A stretch of 64,000 nucleotides of DNA from an uncultured Gemmatimonadaceae bacterium (GTDB lineage Bacteria; Latescibacterota; UBA2968; UBA8231). Location: the NCBI GenBank assembly GCA_964401715.1, contig CAYNZV010000005.1, positions 2,781 to 66,780 of the forward strand, in the 5' to 3' direction. Of the stretch, positions 47,230 to 56,179 are shown piece after piece. Under the pieces are notes generated by a model, which did no database searches, had not been told where the DNA came from, and saw nothing but the letters and a program-made list of their open reading frames with translations. Every line of letters starts with the position of its first letter. The first letter of the stretch is position 1. The translations under genes were made by a program, and so were the position numbers.

Positions 47230-48039
47230 CTACAGATCAGGAAACAACTCTCTTACCTTGGCACCGATGTCGGATTCGCGCATGAGCGATTCTCCGACCA
47301 GAACCGCATCGACTCCCGCTCTCTCGAGCCGCTCAATGTCTTCGCGGGTGCTGATCCCGCTTTCGCTGACGGTAGTTACGCTGTCTGGTACATACTCGAG
47401 CAGCTCGAACGTGGTTTCCAGACTGGTCTCGAACGTCGTCAGATCGCGGTTGTTTATGCCGACCAGTTCGGTGGGCTGTTGTAAAGCACGATCCAGCTCC
47501 TCCTTTGTGTGAACCTCCACCAAGACCGTCAAACCCAACTCCCGCGCCAGACCGGCGAAATCGCGCAGCTGACCGCCGTCCATTAACGCAACGATAATCA
47601 GAATGGCATCCGCGCCAAGCACCCGGGATTCGTAGATCTGGTATTCATCGATGATGAAGTCCTTGCGCAGCACCGGTAGCTGGGCCACGTGACGGGCCTG
47701 CTGGAGAAAGTGATCGTGGCCCTGAAAGTAGGCTTCGTCTGTCAACACCGACAGCACCGCCGCTCCATTCTCCGCATAGGTGGCGGCGATCTGTGCAGGA
47801 TCGAAGTCCGCTCGTATAACGCCTTTGGACGGCGACGCCTTTTTTATCTCCGCGATCAAGGCGAGGCCGTCATCGGCGAGGGCCGCCTGGAAATCTTCCG
47901 GCTCGGGGGAATCGTCGGCCACTCTCCGCATGTCGGCTAAATTCCGCTTCCGCTTGCGCTGGTGCACAAATTCCCTCTTGTACGCGGCAATCTCCGCGAG
48001 TGTGTCTTTGTCATGCGTTGTCGGTAGGCCGAATTCCAT
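47230..48039 (-). CDS. trpC: Indole-3-glycerol phosphate synthase
   Basis: IAEIKKASPSKG, LRKDFIIDEYQ and INNRDL motifs. Confidence 0.93.
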   Translation of the reverse strand: MEFGLPTTHDKDTLAEIAAYKREFVHQRKRKRNLADMRRVADDSPEPEDFQAALADDGLALIAEIKKASPSKGVIRADFDPAQIAATYAENGAAVLSVLTDEAYFQGHDHFLQQARHVAQLPVLRKDFIIDEYQIYESRVLGADAILIIVALMDGGQLRDFAGLARELGLTVLVEVHTKEELDRALQQPTELVGINNRDLTTFETSLETTFELLEYVPDSVTTVSESGISTREDIERLERAGVDAVLVGESLMRESDIGAKVRELFPDL

Positions 48040-48045
48040 CGACAG

Positions 48046-49086
48046 TTATTGGTTGCTGACTCGCTTGAGTTTTTCTAGCGCAGATTTGGCCTTCCCCGAA
48101 TCCAGCGACTCGCGCGCGCGTTCGAGGCCCGCCGCAAAGTTATCGGCGGCGCCGCCAGCAATGATCGCGGCCGCTGCGTTAAGCAAGACGATGTCGCGAC
48201 AGGGTCCGTCGACACCGTCGAGAATTTCGAGGAGCACCTGAGCATTGCGGTCGGCATTGCCCCCCTTAAGACTATCAGGGTCAGCGCGTTTCATGCCATA
48301 TTCCTCGGGCGATATTTCGTACGTGGTCACCTCGCCGTCCTTGAGTTCGCTTACCTGGCTCGGACCTGTGATGGTGAGTTCGTCCAAGCCGTCGGAACCG
48401 TGTACTACAAACGCCCGCCGCGAGCCCAAATCGCGCAACACACCCACCAATGTCGAGGTCAGATTCGACGCAAAGACGCCGATGAGTTGGCGTTGGGCTC
48501 CTGCCGGATTGGTCAACGGTCCCAAGACATTGAATACGGTGCGGGTGCCGATTTCTTTACGGGGACCAATAGCATGTTTCATTGCCCCATGTAGCAGCGG
48601 TGCGAAGAGGAAACCAATGCCCGCTTCGTCGAGACAGGCCGTGACTGTCTCGGGACTGGCTTCGATGTTAACCCCAAGCGCGCTGAGCACGTCGGCAGAT
48701 CCACATTTGCTGGACATCGCGCGATTGCCATGTTTGGCCACAAATAGCCCAGCGCCGGCGGCCACAAATGCGACTACGGTGGAGATGTTGAACGAGCCGG
48801 AGCCGTCGCCGCCGGTGCCGCACGTATCGACAACGTCCGCACGGCTGGTTGTTATTCGCGTCGCTTTTTCGCGCATTACCTCGGCACACCCAGTGATCTC
48901 TTCGATGGTTTCCCCTTTGCAACGTAAGGCCACCAGAAATGCCCCGATCTGCGCGTCCGTGGCTTCGCCGCTCATGATCTGGGTCATAACCGCCCGAGCT
49001 TGATCGCGGCCGATGTCGTTGCCGCCGATGAGCTGGCTGATGCTTGCCTGAATCATCTGTTCCTCCTGTCGATCATCAATGTTCAA
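48046..49086 (-). CDS. trpD: Anthranilate phosphoribosyltransferase
   Basis: [15 protein letters not shown] and GPLTNPA motifs. Confidence 0.95.
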   Translation of the reverse strand: MNIDDRQEEQMIQASISQLIGGNDIGRDQARAVMTQIMSGEATDAQIGAFLVALRCKGETIEEITGCAEVMREKATRITTSRADVVDTCGTGGDGSGSFNISTVVAFVAAGAGLFVAKHGNRAMSSKCGSADVLSALGVNIEASPETVTACLDEAGIGFLFAPLLHGAMKHAIGPRKEIGTRTVFNVLGPLTNPAGAQRQLIGVFASNLTSTLVGVLRDLGSRRAFVVHGSDGLDELTITGPSQVSELKDGEVTTYEISPEEYGMKRADPDSLKGGNADRNAQVLLEILDGVDGPCRDIVLLNAAAAIIAGGAADNFAAGLERARESLDSGKAKSALEKLKRVSNQ

Positions 49087-49645
49087 GCGCGAGGAAATTC
49101 TGCAAAAGGTTCTTGCCTTCGGTCGTCAAAATCGATTCAGGATGAAACTGCACGCCCTCGAGCAGCCATTCTTGGTGACGCAGTGCCATAATCACGCCGT
49201 CTTCGGTTTCGGCGGAAATCTCCAAGCAATCTGGTAACGTGGCGCGCTCCACCATTAACGAGTGGTATCGAGTAGCTGTAAGCGGGTGCTTCAGGCCGCG
49301 GAATATCGTTTTGCCATCGTGATGGACGAGCGAAGTCTTGCCATGCATGATAGCGGGCGCTCTCGTTATGACACCACCGAACGCTTGGCCGATGGCCTGG
49401 TGTCCCAAACAAACGCCCAAGAGAGGAATTCTGCCTGCCACATGCCGAACGACATCCATCGAGATGCCGGCATGGTTCGGGGTGCAAGGTCCCGGAGAAA
49501 TCACAATTCTTTCGGGTCCTAGCTCATCGACGTCCGCGAGGCGGATGGCATCGCTGCGCACGACCCGGACTTCGCTTCCCAGTTCTCCCAGGTATTGGGC
49601 CAAATTGTATGTAAACGAGTCGTAATTATCAAGTAGAAGAAGCAT
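49076..49645 (-). CDS. trpG: Anthranilate/aminodeoxychorismate synthase glutamine amidotransferase subunit
   Basis: 189 aa with [20 protein letters not shown] (catalytic Cys) and FHPES. Confidence 0.9.
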   Translation of the reverse strand: MLLLLDNYDSFTYNLAQYLGELGSEVRVVRSDAIRLADVDELGPERIVISPGPCTPNHAGISMDVVRHVAGRIPLLGVCLGHQAIGQAFGGVITRAPAIMHGKTSLVHHDGKTIFRGLKHPLTATRYHSLMVERATLPDCLEISAETEDGVIMALRHQEWLLEGVQFHPESILTTEGKNLLQNFLALEH

Positions 49646-49648
49646 CGG

Positions 49649-51799
49649 TTACCGGGCCATCTGTTGCATCACCTGACCGATCAGTCGCAGACCCAGATCT
49701 TCTTGTAGCGTCAGAATCGACTCGGGGTGGAATTGCACCGCCGCTGCCGGATAATCTCGGTGCTCAATCGCCATGATAACCCCGTCGTCGGTGCGCGCCA
49801 AAACCTCAAAGCAGGCAGGCAGTGTTTCGCTCTTCGCGTACAGAGAATGGTACCTGCCGGCCGTGAATTCGCGCGGAAAATTCTTCAGAATACCGCGTGG
49901 TTCGCAGTGAATGGTCGATGTTTTGCCGTGCATCGGATAATCGAGCACGTCGAGTTCGCCACCGAAACCTTCCACCAAACCTTGCAGACCGAGACAGACT
50001 CCGAAAATGGGGAGGTCTCGCTCGACACATTCCCGCACCAGCTGAGGTACTCCCAGCTGTTCTGGCGTTCCTGGACCCGGCGATACGAAGATCAGGCCAG
50101 GTTCGATCTCGGCTATGATTTCCAGCGGGAATCCGGCACGTATCGTGCTCACCTCAGCCCCCGTTTGGCGAACGTAGTTGGCCAGAGTGTGTACGAATGA
50201 ATCGCGGTTGTCGACAAACAAGACGCGTTTGCCGGAACCCATTCCGGCGACCGGAGAAGCAAGGCTGGTGGTGGCAGGCTCACGACCCACAACAGCGTTG
50301 ATAAACGCTTCAGCTTTGGTGCGAGTCTCCTGCTCTTCTTCGTCCGGATCCGAATCGCACAGCAACGTAGCTCCTGCGCGCACGCGTGCGACGCCGTCAC
50401 GCAGATGCACCGTCCGAATAGTTATCCCGGTGTTGACGTCCCCGTTGAAGAGCATCATGCCGATGCAGCCGCCGTACCATTCACGCGCCGAGTTCTCCAA
50501 ATCTTCGACCCGCTGCATCGCCGCCGGCTTGGGTGCGCCGGTGAGAGTACAAGCCCACATGTGCGACAACAGAGCGTCAAATCCATCACAATCCTCTTTG
50601 AGTTCGCCAACTACGTAGTCGACAGTGTGAATGAGACGGGAATAAATCTCAATCAACCGCCGGCCTTCCACCTGCACCGATCCGGGCCGGCATACCCGGG
50701 ACTTGTCGTTGCGATCCACGTCGGTGCACATAGTCAACTCGGCCTCATCCTTGGAGGAGTTAAGCAACTCCAAGATCCGGCCGGCGTCCTCCATCGGGGT
50801 CGCGCCGCGTTGAATCGTGCCAGATATGGGACAGGTTTCCACTTTAGGTCCCTCGACGCGCACGAACATTTCCGGGGATGCACCGACCAGCTGCTCGTCG
50901 CCCAGGTTGATCAAAAACTCGTACGGACTGGGATTGCGTTTTCGGATCTTTTCGAACAAGTCTCTAGATGTGCCTGGATAACCAGCACTGATCACCTGAC
51001 TAAGTACCACCTCGAAAAAATCCCCACGTTCGGTGCCAGCGATGATCTCCTTCACTTTACCGGCATACTCTCCCGGCTGGTGATCACTGCTCACAGGCCC
51101 GGTAGTGCCGGAGTTCAGTGGCATCGATTGGCCACTGCGGTCGATGCCGGCGGTGCTGAGGCCGTCGACGGCAAAATCGTAACGAAAGCAGCTCGCGCAC
51201 TCCTTGCGATGGTCGACGACAAAGATTTCATCCGGCAAAAACAGGTGGAGATCCGGGCGCCGGTAAGCCCGAACGTGCCGCAGTTCGATGGGCTCGAACT
51301 GAAACACCAAGTCATATCCCATAGCCCCGTAAAAACCGAGGTGAGAATCCGAGGCCGACTTCATGGAATGCACCAAAGTCCGGATAACACTAAAGATTGT
51401 CGGCTGTTTACTCCTCTCTTCTTCGGGGAAATAGCTGGGCATGTCGCGGATCTTGCCTGCCAGCTTGGTATGGTCCGTCTGCAGATTTTCTATATCCGCA
51501 AGCATCTCTAACGACGGAAGGAACATCTTGAGCACAGCGGTACCTCGCTCGTTCAACGCGTTTATGCTGAACTCTCGCTGGCACGATACGATTTCTAACG
51601 GAGGATCGATAAACGCCATATCCCAGCGGCTGTATCGCCCCGGGTATTCGTAACCACTGGCGAAAACGGCTCCTCGGTGAGTGTCGATCTTATCCAGTGC
51701 TGCTTCCGTAGCATCAGGCACTGGCAGCTCGAGCGTATTTCTCGTAACCCGGATGTCACCGACGGTGGTGTAGCTGTCGATTGTTTCGCGCTGACTCAT
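49649..51799 (-). CDS. trpE: Anthranilate synthase, fused component I-component II (TrpE(G))
   Basis: 716 aa. The chorismate-binding domain (residues 1 to about 500) is fused to a complete class-I GATase (VDNRDSFVHTL, GVCLGLQ, FHPES). Confidence 0.92.
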   Translation of the reverse strand: MSQRETIDSYTTVGDIRVTRNTLELPVPDATEAALDKIDTHRGAVFASGYEYPGRYSRWDMAFIDPPLEIVSCQREFSINALNERGTAVLKMFLPSLEMLADIENLQTDHTKLAGKIRDMPSYFPEEERSKQPTIFSVIRTLVHSMKSASDSHLGFYGAMGYDLVFQFEPIELRHVRAYRRPDLHLFLPDEIFVVDHRKECASCFRYDFAVDGLSTAGIDRSGQSMPLNSGTTGPVSSDHQPGEYAGKVKEIIAGTERGDFFEVVLSQVISAGYPGTSRDLFEKIRKRNPSPYEFLINLGDEQLVGASPEMFVRVEGPKVETCPISGTIQRGATPMEDAGRILELLNSSKDEAELTMCTDVDRNDKSRVCRPGSVQVEGRRLIEIYSRLIHTVDYVVGELKEDCDGFDALLSHMWACTLTGAPKPAAMQRVEDLENSAREWYGGCIGMMLFNGDVNTGITIRTVHLRDGVARVRAGATLLCDSDPDEEEQETRTKAEAFINAVVGREPATTSLASPVAGMGSGKRVLFVDNRDSFVHTLANYVRQTGAEVSTIRAGFPLEIIAEIEPGLIFVSPGPGTPEQLGVPQLVRECVERDLPIFGVCLGLQGLVEGFGGELDVLDYPMHGKTSTIHCEPRGILKNFPREFTAGRYHSLYAKSETLPACFEVLARTDDGVIMAIEHRDYPAAAVQFHPESILTLQEDLGLRLIGQVMQQMAR

Positions 51800-51851
51800 G
51801 GTTTCATCTCCAATTTGTGCAGAACCTCGAATTTCGTTGGCACCTGGTCAC

Positions 51852-51885
51852 AAAAAAACCGCAGACGCAACTCGTGCGCCCGCGG
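51852..51885 (-). terminator. Attenuator terminator of the trp leader
   Basis: On the minus strand, CCGCGGGCGCA-CGAGU-UGCGUCUGCGG forms an 11-bp stem with 2 G-U pairs and a 5-nt loop. It is followed by U7 and ends about 50 nt before the trpE(G) ATG. Confidence 0.7.
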
Positions 51886-51914
51886 TATGTCAAAATCAGG
51901 TCAACAAATTCAGA

Positions 51915-51992
51915 CTAACAAATTGGCGCACCTCCAGCATCACTGATATACCAGTCGCGACGCCAATACCGGTTGATTATCTGATTCGTCAT
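51915..51992 (-). CDS. trpL: Trp operon leader peptide (25 aa, two Trp codons)
   Basis: The ORF from ATG 51992 to TAG 51915 translates to MTNQIINRYWRRDWYISDAGGAPIC. It lies between a promoter-like element and the terminator hairpin. Confidence 0.65.
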   Translation of the reverse strand: MTNQIINRYWRRDWYISDAGGAPIC

Positions 51993-52018
51993 TTTAACTA
52001 CTCTTTCTGGCGGCGACC

Positions 52019-52047
52019 AACCTAACGGCGGTAACCGATCTTGTCAA
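52019..52047 (-). promoter_or_regulatory. Sigma70-like promoter of the trp/aro supraoperon
   Basis: On the minus strand, TTGACA (52047-52042), a 17-nt spacer, then TAGGTT (52024-52019). This lies about 25 nt upstream of the leader ATG. Confidence 0.45.
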
Positions 52048-52051
52048 GCCA

Positions 52052-52855
52052 CTAACGAAAAACCAATCCCACGATAAACGTCCCCAGCACGAGCTGCAAT
52101 CCGGTCAACAGCAATAGCCCATAAACGAGCCGGTTGAACCATATCTCGCTGAAACGGCCGTTCAGGTAGATCCCCAGCTTCACGCCGATGTAACTCAACG
52201 GCGAAAGCACCAAAGTCGTGAGTAGAATGCCGGGGCGCATGAATCCCAATGCAATGTATGGCACGAGCTTGATCACGTTGAGGGCGGCAAAGAAGATCAC
52301 AGTCGTACCGACGAAGAGATGGCGGGGCAATTTCTGCGGCAAAAGATACATGGTCGCCGGAGGGCCCCCAGCGTGGGCAAGGGTAGAAGTGAAGCCTGAG
52401 GCCGCTCCCATCAGAACCCCTTTCAGGGCAGCAGGATGGCGCTTCTCCAGGGCTTCGAACAACAACGAACGGGTGGCTTGAAAGAGCACAAAAACAATTG
52501 CTACGCAACCTAGGCCGGATTCCAAAACGCGGGGATTGTGGGCGAAGAACCCAAAGAAGAAGGCGCCCAGACCGACACCGACGAGGGCTCCGGGAAGAAG
52601 CAGCTTGATGCTGCGACGGTCATAGTTGGTGCGGTAGTGCCGAATGGCGAATACGTCGCAGACCATCAACAGAGGAAGCATTAACGCTGCTGCGTCGGCG
52701 ACACTCACGGATAGGGCAATAAGAGGGGTGGCGACGATGCCCACACCGCCGCCGAAACCGGCCTTGGCTATGCCAACCAACACCACTGCGACAATGGCAC
52801 AGGGCCAAAAAATAGCCGGGTATTCAGGCAGGAGCCACAAGTAGGGGTTACTCAC
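52052..52855 (-). CDS. TSUP (TauE/SafE, DUF81) family anion exporter
   Basis: 267 aa, 7-8 TM, with internal repeat architecture and glycine-rich helices typical of TauE/SafE proteins. Confidence 0.8.
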   Translation of the reverse strand: MSNPYLWLLPEYPAIFWPCAIVAVVLVGIAKAGFGGGVGIVATPLIALSVSVADAAALMLPLLMVCDVFAIRHYRTNYDRRSIKLLLPGALVGVGLGAFFFGFFAHNPRVLESGLGCVAIVFVLFQATRSLLFEALEKRHPAALKGVLMGAASGFTSTLAHAGGPPATMYLLPQKLPRHLFVGTTVIFFAALNVIKLVPYIALGFMRPGILLTTLVLSPLSYIGVKLGIYLNGRFSEIWFNRLVYGLLLLTGLQLVLGTFIVGLVFR

Positions 52856-53603
52856 CCTCTACTTGTGTAATCTCGATCTCCAGATCTTCGCGATTGGCGA
52901 CGTGATCGACGGCACCGTCCTTAACCCACACGACCCGGTCAGAAACGCTCAGCATTTTGTGGTCGTGTGTTGCGGAGATGACCGTCACACCCGATTCCGA
53001 GTTCATCTCTCGCAACAGCTCGATGATCTCGGTGCCGGTGCGCAGGTCGAGGTTGCCGGTCGGTTCGTCCGCCAACACCACCGCTGGATCGTTAGCCAAA
53101 GCCCTTGCCACGGCGACGCGCTGCTGTTGTCCGCCAGAAAGCTCGTTCGGTCTGTGAGAGCGACGATCTCCCAGACCCACCTTCTCCAACAGGCTCAGAC
53201 CCTTATCCCGGGAATCATCGCTGCTGAGACCGGCGAAAACCATGGGCAAGGTGACATTCTCCAGCGCGGTCATGACGGGAATCAAATTGAATGATTGGAA
53301 GATGTAGCCGATTTTGCGACACCGTAGCCAAGCGAGCTCGTAGGCATCCAGCTGGGCAACGTCGACCTCGTCGATGTACACCTTGCCTTCGCTTGGTTTG
53401 TCGAGACCACCTACCATGTTGAAGAGCGTACTCTTGCCGGAACCGGACGGTCCCATGATCGACATGTACTCGCCAGCGTGGACCTCGAGATTGACGCCGC
53501 GAAGAGCATGGACCCGGATCTGGCCCATGTCGTAAATCTTCTTGACTTCCTGTGTGCGCACCACCGTGCGCTTTTCACCTTCCTGGTTTTGCGTTTCGCC
53601 CAT
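52848..53603 (-). CDS. ABC transporter ATP-binding protein (LolD/MacB/FtsE-type)
   Basis: Walker A GPSGSGKST, signature LSGGQQQR, Walker B VVLADEPT. The start is set to ATG 53603 (AGGAG 12 nt upstream). Confidence 0.9.
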   Translation of the reverse strand: MGETQNQEGEKRTVVRTQEVKKIYDMGQIRVHALRGVNLEVHAGEYMSIMGPSGSGKSTLFNMVGGLDKPSEGKVYIDEVDVAQLDAYELAWLRCRKIGYIFQSFNLIPVMTALENVTLPMVFAGLSSDDSRDKGLSLLEKVGLGDRRSHRPNELSGGQQQRVAVARALANDPAVVLADEPTGNLDLRTGTEIIELLREMNSESGVTVISATHDHKMLSVSDRVVWVKDGAVDHVANREDLEIEITQVEGE

Positions 53604-53616
53604 GGGGTGATTACTC

Positions 53617-54306
53617 CTAATTGTCGCTGCGCATCGCTTCCACCGGCTCCATCTTGGCGGCACGGTATGCCGGCAGCATGGCGCCGATCAAAGACAGCAC
53701 AGTACCCGCTATAAACGCGACGACGGCAGCTTTGAGGATGCCTACACCGGGGAAATAGGTGAACACGAACTGGCCGTAGTCCATCAGCGCCAGCAACAAG
53801 GTCAAGCCGAGTCCAATCAGAATGCCAACGGTGGTGCCGGCGATCCCCTGAAAGGTTGATTCCAGCAAGAACAGTTTCACGATAAATGAATCGAGAGCCC
53901 CCAGACATTTCATCGTCCCGATCTCGCGGAAGCGTTCGGTTACCGCCATCAACATGGCGTTGGCAATTCCGACCACACACACCAGCAACGATAGAGTGAT
54001 GAGCCAGAGCTGCTTCGATTGCTCTTCCTGCATGCTTTCGGTGAGCTGCCCACCACCAGATCCGGTTTCGACGCCGTTTTGCTGGAGGCGAAGATCGATC
54101 TCGCTACTGCCGACAGCCCGCAGTGAATCGATGATCTGGTTGTTGGACTGAACCGACATCAAAAACGCGATCGCCAGGACAACGCCACTGGTGGTGATCA
54201 GTGATCGACCAAATCGAATCTTCAAACTGCGCAGACTGATCTCCACCGCCTTGCTCAGCGGCAACACGATCTCTCTACCACCAGCTACCTGCAACTGATG
54301 CGCCAT
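53617..54306 (-). CDS. FtsX/MacB-type ABC permease with minimal periplasmic domain
   Basis: 229 aa. TM1, a loop of about 55 aa, then the conserved FtsX three-helix module (ERFREIGTMKCLGA...). C-terminus AYRAAKMEPVEAMRSDN. Confidence 0.75.
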   Translation of the reverse strand: MAHQLQVAGGREIVLPLSKAVEISLRSLKIRFGRSLITTSGVVLAIAFLMSVQSNNQIIDSLRAVGSSEIDLRLQQNGVETGSGGGQLTESMQEEQSKQLWLITLSLLVCVVGIANAMLMAVTERFREIGTMKCLGALDSFIVKLFLLESTFQGIAGTTVGILIGLGLTLLLALMDYGQFVFTYFPGVGILKAAVVAFIAGTVLSLIGAMLPAYRAAKMEPVEAMRSDN

Positions 54307-54382
54307 GGAAGAACCTCCAGAATCAATACGCGCGAGAGGGCCGAATGTAACACAACATCACGGTATTGTCACTATCGCGGTA

Positions 54383-56179
54383 CTAATGCCAACGACGCTG
54401 AACCAGATGTTTCGCCTCCCCAATGAGCCGTAGCGACTGACGTATCTGTTCGTCGCCATCGATCGAAATGCGGTAGTACTCCTCGTCGCCCCACAAAACC
54501 CGAGCGAATTCGCTTTTCAGTTGCTGTTGGAGCCACGGTGTTAGATGCGTTCGTTCCTCGTCTGAGAAGGTCGCTTCCCGCTGCCGCAACAGGTCGAACA
54601 GCGCCACGATCGCCTCGTCCGACACTTGGAAGGCATGCAGGAAATCGCGAAAATCTTCTGGCCAATCGTCCCGCGATGAAACCCACTTGCTGCCGAAATC
54701 GAACAGTGCCCCCGAGCGCAACACCTCCTGTTCTTGGGCGGTAAAAGACGAGTCGAGAAGTACTACGTCGGGCGTTATGCCGCCACTGCTGAACACTGAC
54801 CGGCCGAACTCGGTGCGATACTCCTGATACTGGCCCATGCGATTTGTTCCGCCCTCGCGGTAATAAACCTCAAAATCCTCTGAGAACGGTCGTTGAATGA
54901 GTCGGCCCGCGGGTGTATAGTACCGCGCCACCGTCAACAGCAACAGGCCACCATTGCTGTAGATAGGGAACTGCTCCTGGACCAAACCCTTGCCGAAGCT
55001 CGTTTGGCCGGCCACGATTCCCAAATCCAGATCCTGAATCGCACCCGCAAGTATCTCGGCAGCACTGGCGCTGCCTTCATCGATCAGGACAACGAGTGGT
55101 AGTGGCGTGCTCGTTCGCGCCCTGCAGGCACGGTAGTCACGCCGTGATTGCGGATTCCGCCCCTTGGTGTAGACGATCAAATCGCCGTAATCGACAAAAT
55201 AGTCAGCCACGTCGACAGCTTGTGACAGCAGGCCCCCACCGTTGCCCCTCAGGTCCAGTACTAGCGCATTCATGCCCTGCTCGGAAAGGAAGTCCAGTGC
55301 TGATTGTACTTCGTCGCCAGTGGATTCTGTGAATTGGATGATGCGGATGTAACCCACTCCATCGCAGACTAGAAAGACGTACGGCACACTGCTCAATTGA
55401 ATGCGATCCCGCTGTATGGTGAGGCGAAACAACTTTTCCAGCCCTGGTCGTTGCACGCCGACTCGAACTCGAGACCCCTTCGGACCTCGCAGCCGCTCTA
55501 TCACCTGATCGGTCGTAATTCCTTCCGTGGAGCGATTCTCGATCGAGGCGATGTGGTCACCTGCTCGCAGCTTGCCGTAAGAAGGAGAGCCGACGAGGGG
55601 GGAGATTACCAGGAGGCGCCCCTGACGAATCTCGAAGTAGATACCGATGCCTTCGAAGTCACCGCGAAACCGTTCCTGCATCGATTCGTTTTCCAACGGC
55701 GCCAGGTAGGTCGAGTGCGGATCAAGTGTGGACAACATACCGTCGATAGCGCCGCGGGCGAGGGAGTCCACCGGCAATTGCGACATATGGTCCAAACGTG
55801 CTTGCCGAAACGTGCGTTCGAACATGCGCAAGGCAAGTTGTCCGCTTGTTGACTCCCGATTGTTATTCGCTCCTCGTGACCAAGCCGACGCCATAGCTAG
55901 TATCGATTGGTCATTCGCCGTCGAACCTTCAAGCTTGGCAACTACACTCCGCAAACCACGAACTGCTCCTTGGATCAGGGCGATGCTGTCGACTTGGTCG
56001 ACGTAATAGCGATGCACGCGATCGTGGACCTCGGAGATCACCTTGAGCGCCGACTTGGTGGTTAATCGTTGGCCCCTGGCATTGGCAGTAGCTGGCGTTG
56101 GCAGCAAAACGGCAAAGACACAAAGTTGCAGGATGGAATTGGTGCGAAACAGCATGTTGAGCCAAGCGAGTTTCTTCAA
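54383..56179 (-). CDS. Carboxyl-terminal processing (S41) protease with PDZ domain
   Basis: Signal sequence, a PDZ segment (GIGIYFEI...GSPSYGKLRAGDHI) and the S41 core (LVVLIDEGSASAAEILAG...GQTSFGKG). Confidence 0.9.
   Translation of the reverse strand: MKKLAWLNMLFRTNSILQLCVFAVLLPTPATANARGQRLTTKSALKVISEVHDRVHRYYVDQVDSIALIQGAVRGLRSVVAKLEGSTANDQSILAMASAWSRGANNNRESTSGQLALRMFERTFRQARLDHMSQLPVDSLARGAIDGMLSTLDPHSTYLAPLENESMQERFRGDFEGIGIYFEIRQGRLLVISPLVGSPSYGKLRAGDHIASIENRSTEGITTDQVIERLRGPKGSRVRVGVQRPGLEKLFRLTIQRDRIQLSSVPYVFLVCDGVGYIRIIQFTESTGDEVQSALDFLSEQGMNALVLDLRGNGGGLLSQAVDVADYFVDYGDLIVYTKGRNPQSRRDYRACRARTSTPLPLVVLIDEGSASAAEILAGAIQDLDLGIVAGQTSFGKGLVQEQFPIYSNGGLLLLTVARYYTPAGRLIQRPFSEDFEVYYREGGTNRMGQYQEYRTEFGRSVFSSGGITPDVVLLDSSFTAQEQEVLRSGALFDFGSKWVSSRDDWPEDFRDFLHAFQVSDEAIVALFDLLRQREATFSDEERTHLTPWLQQQLKSEFARVLWGDEEYYRISIDGDEQIRQSLRLIGEAKHLVQRRWH

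Larger units (their letters stand above)
51852..51992 (-). promoter_or_regulatory. Transcription attenuator (mutually exclusive 1:2, 2:3 and 3:4 hairpins)
   Basis: AUUGGCG (contains the first UGG) pairs with CGCCAAU (7/7). GUGCGCC, overlapping that segment, pairs with GGCGCAC (7/7). GGCGCAC is part of the 5' arm of the terminator stem. Confidence 0.65.

Noticed and set aside
51838-51853. TGGCAC element resembling the -24 box of a sigma54 promoter
   Set aside because: The downstream -12 position lacks TTGC/GC at the right spacing. The element is on the plus strand, where no gene follows. It lies inside the trp leader-trpE(G) spacer.
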